A stretch of 63,981 nucleotides of DNA, filler included, from an uncultured bacterium (GTDB lineage: Bacteria; DAOPZR01): the NCBI GenBank assembly GCA_964637655.1. It is 3 parts of 3 records of this genome, joined end to end, with 100 filler letters (N's around TTAATTAATTAA, not from the genome) between each part and the next. Parts side by side here need not be neighbours in the genome. Positions count along the whole stretch, not along the records: positions 1 to 23,155 come from CAZWUZ010000023.1; positions 23,256 to 45,313 come from CAZWUZ010000024.1; 1 more part is not named here. One strand, given 5' to 3'. Positions 19,114 through 27,553 of this stretch are shown one piece after another. The first letter of the stretch is position 1; each line of letters opens with the position of its first letter. The notes beneath the pieces were generated by a model. The model saw only the letters and a list, made by a program, of their open reading frames with translations, was not told the origin of the DNA and did no database searches. The position numbers and the translations under genes are program-made.

Positions 19114-20531
19114 CCCGCGCCGCCGCTTTCGCCGCGCGGTTCGAGATGGATGAGCACGTGGCGCAGCGCGGGGAGGGCGCGACGCAGGTGTTCCTCGAGG
19201 TGCGCGGTCAGCGCATGCGCGTCGCTGATGGGCGTTTCGCCCGCCACCGTGCAATGCAGCGTCAGCGACAGGCCGTCCGTCGCCTGCTGCAGGCGCACGT
19301 CGTGCACGCAGCAGAGCCGGCGTTCGCGCGCACAGAAGGCGTCGAGCGCCTGCTGTACCTGCTGCTGCTGCGCCTGCGGTCCGGCCTGCGCGCGTACCGC
19401 TTCGCCTGCCGGTTCGAGATGCACGTCGATGCATCCGAGCGCGGGCAGTGCCACGTGCAGCGCCGCTTCGAGCGCGTCCGCCTGCCGGTGCGCGTCGGCC
19501 ACACTGGTGCCCGGTTCGACTTCGAGATGCAGTTCCAGGTCGCTCCCCTGCACCCCGTCACGCAGGCGCAAACCATGCGTGGCATGCCCGTGTCGCGCCG
19601 CCACCGCCCGCGCCACCGTCAGGGTGTCGCCTTCCGGCGCCGCCTGCGGTTCGATATGCACCGTGACGTCCGTCTGCGGCAGTCCGGCCCGCACTGCTGC
19701 CGCAGCCGCATCCGCCACCGCGTGGGCGCGTTCGAACGGCATGCCGCGGTCCACCGTCAGGGTGATGTCGGCAAAGATCTCCGGGCCGCTGCGTCGCGCC
19801 CGCACCTGCGTCACCGCCGCCACGCCCGGCACCGTCGCCGCCAGCTGCGCCACGCGCGTGCGCAGTGCCGGCGGCACGGCGTCGAGCAGGTCGTTGACCG
19901 ACTTGCGTCCTAGTTTCCAGCAGACCGCGATGACGATAACCGCGACGCCAAGCGCGGCTACCGCATCCGCCTGAGCCAGCCACGGCAGTCCCAGCCGCGG
20001 CGCCAGCAGCACGCCCAGCAGTCCGAGCAGTACCACGCCCGACGACCAGATATCCGTGGAGAAATGGAGCGCGTCCGCCTCCAGCGCCTGGCTCTGGTAC
20101 TTCTTCGCCACGCGCATGAGGGCGCGTGAGCGCCCGTAATCGACGATGATCGAGAGGATGACCACGGCAAACGCCCAGGCGCTCGCTGCGACCGTCACGG
20201 CCTCTTCACCCAGCAGGCGGTGCAGTGCCTCGTAGATAATCCAGACACAGGTGACGAGCAGCAGCACGGTTTGAAACAGCGCCGACAGGTTTTCCACCTT
20301 GCCGTGACCGTAGGGATGGTCACCGTCCGCCGGTTTCGCCGAGGCGCGCACCGCCCAGAAGGTCACCGCCGCCGCGACAAGATCGAGCCCCGAATGCAGC
20401 GCCTCGGCGAGTATGCCCAGGCTGTTGGTGGCAACACCGACGGTCAGTTTCGTGCCGGTGAGCACGACCGCCGCGATGACCGAGGTCAGCGCGACGCGCC
20501 GCTTCTCGCGTGCCGCGGTTGTCTCTACCAT
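19110..20531 (-). CDS. Cation diffusion facilitator with three C-terminal metal-binding (ZT_dimer) domains
   Basis: AEALHSGLD, HPYGHGKVE, ADALHFSTD; three AH...VH(I/L)EP repeats. Confidence 0.9.
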   Translation of the reverse strand: MVETTAAREKRRVALTSVIAAVVLTGTKLTVGVATNSLGILAEALHSGLDLVAAAVTFWAVRASAKPADGDHPYGHGKVENLSALFQTVLLLVTCVWIIYEALHRLLGEEAVTVAASAWAFAVVILSIIVDYGRSRALMRVAKKYQSQALEADALHFSTDIWSSGVVLLGLLGVLLAPRLGLPWLAQADAVAALGVAVIVIAVCWKLGRKSVNDLLDAVPPALRTRVAQLAATVPGVAAVTQVRARRSGPEIFADITLTVDRGMPFERAHAVADAAAAAVRAGLPQTDVTVHIEPQAAPEGDTLTVARAVAARHGHATHGLRLRDGVQGSDLELHLEVEPGTSVADAHRQADALEAALHVALPALGCIDVHLEPAGEAVRAQAGPQAQQQQVQQALDAFCARERRLCCVHDVRLQQATDGLSLTLHCTVAGETPISDAHALTAHLEEHLRRALPALRHVLIHLEPRGESGGAG

Positions 20532-20962
20532 GACCAGATGGCGGCCTCGCGCTGGCGTTCCTTGAGCAGACGCGCGTTGACCTCTTCGCGGGTGAACGGT
20601 TCACCGCGCCCGATGCCCATGCAGCGCTGCACATTTTCAAGTCGCCAGTTCATTCCGTTGAGGTTTTCCGGCCAGATCGGCCACGTCGCGCAGGGGAGCG
20701 GACGCACCGCGTAAATGCGGCATTTCCCCTGTTCAAGGAAGATGCAGGTCTTGCGGTCGGGATGGTCGATGAGATGGAAGAACCCGTCCGTCTTCGTGCA
20801 GTAGCGCCGCGTAAACGAGCGGGTGGAGAGCACGAGATGCGCGGCGATCTGCCTCCGCTCAGCCTTCGTCACGTAGACGAACCCGTACTCGCCCGTCGTC
20901 GCGCAGCAGACGCCGCACTGCTGGCAGGCGAAGCGCAGCCGCGTCGGCGTGCCGCCGCTCAT
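20525..20962 (-). CDS. YkgJ family Cys-cluster protein
   Basis: CQQCGVCC, CIFL, CRIY..RP..C. Confidence 0.88.
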   Translation of the reverse strand: MSGGTPTRLRFACQQCGVCCATTGEYGFVYVTKAERRQIAAHLVLSTRSFTRRYCTKTDGFFHLIDHPDRKTCIFLEQGKCRIYAVRPLPCATWPIWPENLNGMNWRLENVQRCMGIGRGEPFTREEVNARLLKERQREAAIWSW

Positions 20963-20963
20963 G

Positions 20964-21242
20964 TCAGGAGCGGGCGGTGATCTCGACGAGATGCCAGCCG
21001 AACTGCGTCTTGATCGGCCCGTGCACGACGTTGACCGCCTCGTTGAATACCACCGTGTCGAACTCGGGCACCATCATCCCCGGGCCGAACGTGCCGAGCG
21101 CACCGCCGTCAGCACCTGACGGGCAGAGCGAATGCGCTTTTGCCACCGCGGCAAACTCCTCGCCCCCGGCGATCTTCGCCTTGAGGTCGTTGCACTCCTT
21201 CTCCGTCTTGACCAGAATGTGCCGCGCGCTTGCCTGTGCCAT
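20964..21242 (-). CDS. ppiC: Parvulin peptidyl-prolyl isomerase
   Basis: ASARHILV, HSLCPSG..GG.LG.F, MVPEFD, KTQFGWH. Confidence 0.93.
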   Translation of the reverse strand: MAQASARHILVKTEKECNDLKAKIAGGEEFAAVAKAHSLCPSGADGGALGTFGPGMMVPEFDTVVFNEAVNVVHGPIKTQFGWHLVEITARS

Positions 21243-21328
21243 GTCTCGCTCCGATAAGCGGCTGCTGCCGCTGTGATGATGGCGAGTATACCATAGAGTA
21301 TGCTACCGTGCGCGGCGGGAGGTGCCGC

Positions 21329-22087
21329 ATGCTGCTGCTCTCATGGAACGTCAACGGGCTGCGCGCCGTGCTGAACAAGGGCTTTACGGAGTGGGTGGCG
21401 CTGGCCGCTCCCGACATCCTCTGCCTGCAGGAGACCAAGGCACAGGAAGACCAGTTGCCCGCGTCAGTGCGCCCGCTGCCGGGCTATCACACCTACTACG
21501 CCGCGGCGGAGAAAAAGGGGTACAGCGGGGTGGCACTGTACTCGCGGCAGGCCCCGAAAGCGGTGACCCGCGAACTCGACCCGCGCTTCGACAGCGAGGG
21601 GCGCTGCCTGTTTGCCGATTACGGATCGTGGCTGCTCGCCAACGTCTACTTCCCCAATGGCAAGAAGGATGCCGCGCGGTTGCGCTACAAGATGGATTTT
21701 TACGAGTGCTTTTTCGAGCGTATCGAGCGCGAACGCCGCGCCGGTAAGGAAATTGTCTTCTGCGGCGACGTCAATACCGCGCATCGCGAGATCGACCTCG
21801 CGCGTCCGCAGGAAAACGGGAACGTCTCAGGGTTCCTGCCCGAGGAACGCGCCTGGCTCGACCGCGTCATCGCCGCCGGCTACCGCGACACGCTGCGCGT
21901 GCTCGACGACCGCCCGCAGCTCTACTCGTGGTGGGATCTCAAGAGCGGGGCGCGCGCGCGCAACGTGGGCTGGCGCATCGACTATTTTTTCATCAGCAGC
22001 GGACTGCAGCGCAAACTCAAGCGCGCGTTTATCCTGCCTGACGTGCCGGGCTCCGATCACTGCCCGGTCGGCATCGTCCTGCAGTAA
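21329..22087 (+). CDS. xth: Exodeoxyribonuclease III
   Basis: SWNVNGLRA, LQETK, KGYSGV, GD.N.AH, GWRIDY, SDHCP. Confidence 0.95.
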   Translation: MLLLSWNVNGLRAVLNKGFTEWVALAAPDILCLQETKAQEDQLPASVRPLPGYHTYYAAAEKKGYSGVALYSRQAPKAVTRELDPRFDSEGRCLFADYGSWLLANVYFPNGKKDAARLRYKMDFYECFFERIERERRAGKEIVFCGDVNTAHREIDLARPQENGNVSGFLPEERAWLDRVIAAGYRDTLRVLDDRPQLYSWWDLKSGARARNVGWRIDYFFISSGLQRKLKRAFILPDVPGSDHCPVGIVLQ

Positions 22088-23155
22088 TCAGCGGCGCCGG
22101 CTCAGCGCCGCCGCCACCAGCCCCGCGAACAGCGGGTGCGGGCGCGTCGGGCGTGACTGGAACTCCGGGTGGAACTGCGCCGCGATGAAATAGGGGTGCG
22201 CGGGCACCTCGACGGTCTCGACCAGCAGCCCGTCCGGTGATAGTCCCGAGAAGACCATTCCCTTTTCCGCGAGACGGTCGCGGTAGGCGTTGTTGACCTC
22301 GTAACGGTGCCGGTGCCGCTCGCTGACGATGCCCTGTTCCGGCTGCCCGTACTGCTGGTACAGTTTCTCCGCCAGCGTTCCTTCGCGCAACCGGCAGGGA
22401 TACGACCCGAGCCGCATCGTCCCCCCCTTGGCCGTCACCCCCCGCTGCGTCTCCATGATGTGTACCACGGGGTGCGCGGTCTGCTCCGCGAACTCAGCGG
22501 AATGGGCCTTGGGCAGGTTGCAGACGTGGCGCGCGTACTCGATGACCGTGCACTGCAGCCCGAGACAGATGCCGAGGAAGGGAATGCCGCGCTCGCGCAC
22601 ATGGCAGATGGCGGCGACCTTCCCCTCCACCCCGCGGTCGCCGAAGCCGCCGGGGACGATGACCCCGTCGACCCCGTCGAGCGCTGTCGCGTCCTTTTCC
22701 AGTTCCTCCGCGTCGAACCACTGCAGGTCGGGCTGCGCCTCGTGCCAGACCGCGGCATGCACCGCCGCCTCGACCACCGACTTGTAGGCGTCGTGCAGTT
22801 CGGTGTACTTGCCGACGATGCCGATACGCACCGTGGTCTTCGGTGCCTGCAGGCGCGCGATAAACCGGTCCCACTCAGCCGCCAGTGCTGTTGCCGCCGG
22901 GTCCGTTCCCTGCGCGGGCAGATCGAGCAGTCCGAGCACCGTGCGGTCGAGTCCCGCCTCACGCAGCAGCGTCGGCACGGTATAGACCGACGGCACATCG
23001 GGGAGCGAGATAACCTCTTCCACCGTGACATCCGTGAAGAGCGCGATCTTCTGCTTCACCGGTTCCTCGAGCGGCAGCTTGCTGCGGCAGAGCAGCACGT
23101 TGGGATGGATGCCGATTTCGCGCAGCGCCGCCACCGAGTGCTGCGTGAGTTTCGT
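22088..23155 (-). CDS. pyrG: CTP synthase, 5' part lost at contig end
   Basis: VGKY, PGGFG.RG, GICLG, GGTMRLG, ERHRHRYE, QFHPE. Confidence 0.95.
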   Translation of the reverse strand, partial: TKLTQHSVAALREIGIHPNVLLCRSKLPLEEPVKQKIALFTDVTVEEVISLPDVPSVYTVPTLLREAGLDRTVLGLLDLPAQGTDPAATALAAEWDRFIARLQAPKTTVRIGIVGKYTELHDAYKSVVEAAVHAAVWHEAQPDLQWFDAEELEKDATALDGVDGVIVPGGFGDRGVEGKVAAICHVRERGIPFLGICLGLQCTVIEYARHVCNLPKAHSAEFAEQTAHPVVHIMETQRGVTAKGGTMRLGSYPCRLREGTLAEKLYQQYGQPEQGIVSERHRHRYEVNNAYRDRLAEKGMVFSGLSPDGLLVETVEVPAHPYFIAAQFHPEFQSRPTRPHPLFAGLVAAALSRRR

Positions 23156-23255
23156 NNNNNNNNNNNNNNNNNNNNNNNNNNNNNNNNNNNNNNNNNNNNT
23201 TAATTAATTAANNNNNNNNNNNNNNNNNNNNNNNNNNNNNNNNNNNNNNNNNNNN
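23156..23255. other. Artificial contig-join spacer
   Basis: N run with central TTAATTAATTAA (stops in all frames). Confidence 0.97.
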
Positions 23256-23371
23256 CGTCACCGCGCAGCGGTTGACCGCGCGGTCGAGCGGCAGCGTCAC
23301 CTGCCGTGGCAATTCCGTCAGCCGCTCGGGCACAGCGGCGGCCTGCCGCTCGCCTGAACGGACCGGGCGTC

Positions 23372-23930
23372 TCACGCCGCGGGGAGCGGCTGGCGCGGCC
23401 AGTCGGGCGGCGTAGCCAGCACGGCGATGAGCCGCTCTGCCATCAGCCCGGCGCTGACGTAAATCGCCTGGTAGTACTTCGTCGCGCCTGATACCGCGTC
23501 GACCAGTTTCGCCGCCGCCGCGCCGTCCGGCACGTTCTTCCCCTGCAGTTCGTCCAGCGCTTTCTGACCGTACTCGCGCGACTTGCCCGGCAGCACGTCC
23601 ATGTTCAGCCCGCGCAGTGCGGCGATGCGATAGCCGCCGGCATCAGGCACGAGCACCAGCGCAGTGGTCAGCGGCTTGTAGGTCGGCACCTCGCGCACGG
23701 CGAGTCCCGCCAGCGGTTTGCCTTCCGCGTAGCCGAGGTAGAGCGCGCTCAGTCCCGCCCCCGGTTCGGGTGCGAGCGCGTCTTCCGNNNNNNNNNNGCA
23801 GCAGCGCGCTGATGTCCGCCGGCAGGGCGGCCCCGGGTGTCGCGGGCACCACGGGCGGCGGCGGAGCGTTGTTGCCGCAGGCGGCAAGCATAACGGTAAG
23901 GCAGCAGCAGGTCAGCAGGCGCAGTAGCAT
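23372..23930 (-). CDS. Lipoprotein with FMN-binding (flavinylation) motif; split by N gap 23788-23797
   Basis: Lipobox LAAC; VDAVSGAT motif near the C-terminus. Confidence 0.7.
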
Positions 23931-23941
23931 GGTCAGCTCCT

Positions 23942-25012
23942 TTATCCCTGTTTTTCGATGAACAGCGTGCGGGTCGGGTAGGCAAAGTCAACACCGTCAG
24001 CAACGAAGCGCCGCAGCAGCGCGAGGTTGATCGCCTGCTGCGTGTCCATGTACTTCGCGTAATCAGGGTCACGCACGTAATAGACCGTTTCGAAGTCGAG
24101 CGAGGAATCGCCGAACCCCTTGAAGTGACAGCGGTCGAAACGCGCCAGCGGCTGCTGTCCGATAATCTCCCGTACCTGCGCCGGGATAGCCGCGACCTTC
24201 TCTGCCGGGGTCTGGTAGACGATGCCGAAGGCGAACACGATGCGCCGTTCCTGCATGCGCTGGTAGTTGCGGATGCGGCTGCCAAGCAGGTCGGCATTGG
24301 GGAAGACGAGCTGCTCGCCCGACAGCGAACGCAGGCGCGTCGTCTTGATGCCGATCTGTTCCACCGTCCCCATCAGGTCGCCGACGATGATAAAATCGCC
24401 AACCCCGAACGGCTTGTCGAGGATGATGGAGAGCGAGGCGAGCAGGTCGCCGAGCACGTTCTGCAGCGCGAGCGCGATAGCAATGCCGCCGATGCCGAGC
24501 CCCGCCACCATCGCGGTGATATCGATGCCGAGATTGTCGAGCACCAGCAGCATGACCACGGTCCACAGGGCGAACCGGGCGAAGAACGAGAGCAGGCCGA
24601 AGGTGCTCGCCACCGAGGCATCGGAAGCGAGTCTGCCGCGCAGGTAGCGGTTGAGAAAGAAGTTGATGGCCCGGTTGCCCCAGAACGCTCCCTGCAGGAT
24701 AACCACCAGGACGGCGCCGCGCGCGAGCAAGGTATGCGCCAGTGCCGGCAGTTCGAGCAGCAGCGTGCCGCTATAGAGCGCGATGACGATGAAAAAGAGC
24801 GGGCGGGTGGTGATCACCAGTTCCGCTGCGAGGTCGTCGATCTTCGTCGCCGTGCGCTCCGCCAGGCGGGCAAACCTGCGCCCGATGACGTTGCGCCAGA
24901 CCAGCAGCAGGGCGTAGGTACCCGCCACCGCGAGCAGGGCGAGCAGCCAGCGCCCGACCGTGTTGCCCGCCACCACGCTGTCAGTACCATTGAGCAGGGA
25001 CAGAATTTCCAT
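23942..25012 (-). CDS. mscS: Small-conductance mechanosensitive channel
   Basis: AGLGIGGIAIALALQ, DKPF.VGDFI, GIKTTRLRSLSGEQ, FAYPT. Confidence 0.92.
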   Translation of the reverse strand: MEILSLLNGTDSVVAGNTVGRWLLALLAVAGTYALLLVWRNVIGRRFARLAERTATKIDDLAAELVITTRPLFFIVIALYSGTLLLELPALAHTLLARGAVLVVILQGAFWGNRAINFFLNRYLRGRLASDASVASTFGLLSFFARFALWTVVMLLVLDNLGIDITAMVAGLGIGGIAIALALQNVLGDLLASLSIILDKPFGVGDFIIVGDLMGTVEQIGIKTTRLRSLSGEQLVFPNADLLGSRIRNYQRMQERRIVFAFGIVYQTPAEKVAAIPAQVREIIGQQPLARFDRCHFKGFGDSSLDFETVYYVRDPDYAKYMDTQQAINLALLRRFVADGVDFAYPTRTLFIEKQG

Positions 25013-25104
25013 CAGTACGTTCCTCCGGTTGAAGAGTATGGCCACCGCACCGGCAGCACGACAGGTTCAGTATAGACAGTTATGCCGGCAGGGGCAAGCC
25101 GGCG

Positions 25105-26292
25105 TCAGGCGAGGTCGAGCGCCGACGGGAATTGCGGATAGTCGTCCTTGAGCCCGATGGCCGCGCAGCAGCGCATGAGGAATTCGTCCGCCACCTTGTG
25201 CAGCAGGGCGTAGGCGTCAGGCGCCATCGGGTCATCACCATGCGCGAGATGCGCGCTGTTGCGCACGCGGATGACCTTGGTCAGCAGCAGTTCCTTCTGC
25301 TCGCGGTAGATCTTGCCGACGAAGGCATCACCCAGTTCGCTGATCAGTTCGTAGCACGGGAAGGCGCCGATCTTCACCGTGCCGTCATCGTAGGTATGCA
25401 CCGCGTACTTGGCGCGCAGCGCCGCGGGGAGCTTGCCCATATCAAGGTTGTTGCTGTCCTGCTTGTAGACCTTGCGCAGATAGCACTGCGCGAAGAGTTC
25501 GACCGCCCGGTAGACGCGGTTGGCCGCGTCGTCATAGCAGGTGCGCGCCGCCATCCGCTCGGCATTGCGCAGCAGGTCGAACACCGCCTCGAACCCGTTC
25601 CCCTTCTGCTCCCCGGTCAGCCGGCGCAGCAGCGGGAGGTAGGTGTCGCGGTAGCGCGTGGCCCCGAGCTTGATGACCGCCTCGGCATAGGCAAAGCGGT
25701 CCCAGCAGTCGAACCCGCGCAGGATATTGGTGAGTTCGGTGTAGCGTTCGCGCGTCCAGCCGCCGCTGCGCGAAAGCGCGCGCAGATAGTCGGCCGCCGC
25801 CGCGTACTGGAAGCGCCGGACAAAGTCATTGACGGGCGCGAGACGCAGCGACAGCAGGGCGGGCGCGTTGAACTGTACGGCGGTCAGTTCCTGCTGCGCG
25901 GCAGCGGGGAGCAGGCCGGCGCCATCCGCCCGGGCCGCGGCCAGCGTGCACCCCGGCTGCTGCAGGGCGAGCAGCACCAGCGCGGACGCCAGCGTCGGCT
26001 GCGTGCCCTGGTAGTCGATGCAGAAGGTGTCATCCGGGCGCGGCAATTCGCGGAAGGCGTCAGCCAGCCAGCGGCTGCAGGCGGCGATATCGGCAAGCGC
26101 GCTGTCGGGGAGGCGCAACACGCGCCCGCGCGGCTCGGCCAGATCATAGCCGCGCAGCAGTGCCGCCTCGCCGCCGTCAGCGGGGATGTCTGTTCCGCGC
26201 GCCAGCAGCAGGACGTGGTCAAAGGTCTGGTAGCGCAGCGCGGCACGCACCACCGCGGTGTCGGTTGCCGCCAGCAGCAGGATCTTCGCCAT
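25105..26292 (-). CDS. CARF-HEPN protein, TIGR02710/Csm6-Csx1-like, no cas genes nearby
   Basis: Rossmann-like N-terminus with DYQGTQPTLASAL (cf. DYTGGTK), WDRF...A, DLLRNAERMA...YDDA..R.YRA.EL.AQ, HEPN RNSAHLAHG. Confidence 0.78.
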   Translation of the reverse strand: MAKILLLAATDTAVVRAALRYQTFDHVLLLARGTDIPADGGEAALLRGYDLAEPRGRVLRLPDSALADIAACSRWLADAFRELPRPDDTFCIDYQGTQPTLASALVLLALQQPGCTLAAARADGAGLLPAAAQQELTAVQFNAPALLSLRLAPVNDFVRRFQYAAAADYLRALSRSGGWTRERYTELTNILRGFDCWDRFAYAEAVIKLGATRYRDTYLPLLRRLTGEQKGNGFEAVFDLLRNAERMAARTCYDDAANRVYRAVELFAQCYLRKVYKQDSNNLDMGKLPAALRAKYAVHTYDDGTVKIGAFPCYELISELGDAFVGKIYREQKELLLTKVIRVRNSAHLAHGDDPMAPDAYALLHKVADEFLMRCCAAIGLKDDYPQFPSALDLA

Positions 26293-26436
26293 GCCGGTCC
26301 CTCTGCGCCTCTTGTACCACCACCGGCACGCACCTGTCAACGGCGGGCCGCCACAAGCCGTTATCCATCCGCCCGGGGGGCACGGCCGCTCCGGCAGTAT
26401 CGCTTCGTGCTTTCCCTATCCATCACAGAAATGCTT

Positions 26437-26480
26437 TTCACCGCTGAGCACGCAGAGCACACGGAGCGCGTGCGGTCTGC
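26437..26480 (+). repeat. Dispersed copy of the TTCACC...GAGCAC.CAGAGCACACGGAGCG..TGCGGTCTGC motif
   Basis: Matches the copies at 10445 and 10658. Confidence 0.75.
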
Positions 26481-26679
26481 TGATGATTTCCTGTCGTGCC
26501 GGCGCCGGCTGCCGCCCGCAGGGCCATCCTGCTTGCCGGTTCGGCGTTTTCTCTGCGTGCGCTGTATGCCCGGCGGCGACCAACCTTGCCGGGTATCTAT
26601 TCAGCCCGTCTGCCCGCTGTGCATAGCGGGAGAGGAATACGCGCAGCGTCCGAGGGTTGCAAAGCGCACACATTTTTCA

Positions 26680-26721
26680 CCCTCACCCCTGCCCTCTCCC
26701 ACTGCAGGCAGCGGGAGAGGG
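26680..26721. repeat. REP-like element CCCTCACCCC..CCCTCTCCC...GGGAGAGGG
   Basis: Palindrome; same family as 18012-18056. Confidence 0.7.
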
Positions 26722-26775
26722 TGAATAGTTGCCTTGCCGGTTTTCTCCGTGTGGTAAACGTCAGTTAGTGCGGGG

Positions 26776-26825
26776 AAAGAAAAAGGGCCAGGCGACTGCG
26801 TCTTGGCTGCGTCTGCCTGGCCTTT
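26776..26825 (-). terminator. Terminator-like hairpin with no upstream CDS
   Basis: Minus strand GGCCAGGC...GCCTGGCC followed by CTTTTTCTTT. Confidence 0.6.
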
Positions 26826-27117
26826 GGGAAAAAAGTGTGAGGGGTATTGGGCAGAAAGTTAATGGGAGGGGAAACTTTGGTGCCCAACCGCCTCACACAG
26901 ACACTTATCGGCACTGCCACGCCACTCTTGAGCGTATTTCTGCATAACTTCAATCATATTGTATTTTATAAAACTTTCCCCTGTATCCTCATTTGTGCTG
27001 TTTAGACAGGTGCAGCGACGGAGCGGTTATCCGGTGCGGCTAATTGGCGCAACTATAAAAAAAGTATGGAAATTTTCGGGGAAATATGCTATAATGCGCA
27101 TCTATGGAAGGTGAGAT

Positions 27118-27462
27118 ATGACGCTGCTTGAAGGAAAACACGAGATCGGGTGCCATAACTGCGAGTACCTGCAGACGGAAAGCGGGGCCTACTCCAGCGG
27201 CTGCCGCAAGCACCCGCAACTGGTCTGGCCTGACACCGATGAAATCGTGGTCTGCATCAAATTCAAGTGTCGTCATGAGTTGCGCTCGCAGCCCGAGTAC
27301 AAGGAGCTGGACGCACTCTTCACCGGCAAATTCAAGCCGAAAATGAAGCCGAAACTCATCTATACGTATATGCCGCACGGCAATAATCCGGTGCTGACGG
27401 CATTCCCGCTGACCGGCGGGGCGTCGCTGACCCCGAAAAAACCGTCACCCGACCGCAAATAG
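27118..27462 (+). CDS. Hypothetical Cys-containing protein (114 aa)
   Basis: TGCTATAAT promoter, RBS GGAAGG, CHNC...C...C...C. Confidence 0.7.
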   Translation: MTLLEGKHEIGCHNCEYLQTESGAYSSGCRKHPQLVWPDTDEIVVCIKFKCRHELRSQPEYKELDALFTGKFKPKMKPKLIYTYMPHGNNPVLTAFPLTGGASLTPKKPSPDRK

Positions 27463-27553
27463 CGTAACAAAAAGTACAATATATTATATGGACACATCTG
27501 TGTCCGTGTGGTATACTGTCTGTTAGGTATACTGTGCCCTTTGGAGGATTGCC

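Noticed and set aside
23156-23255. TTAATTAATTAA inside N runs (also 45314-45413) as a biological motif
   Set aside because: Artificial contig linker. It also means genes on either side, such as the cyclase and the CARF gene, cannot be treated as neighbours.
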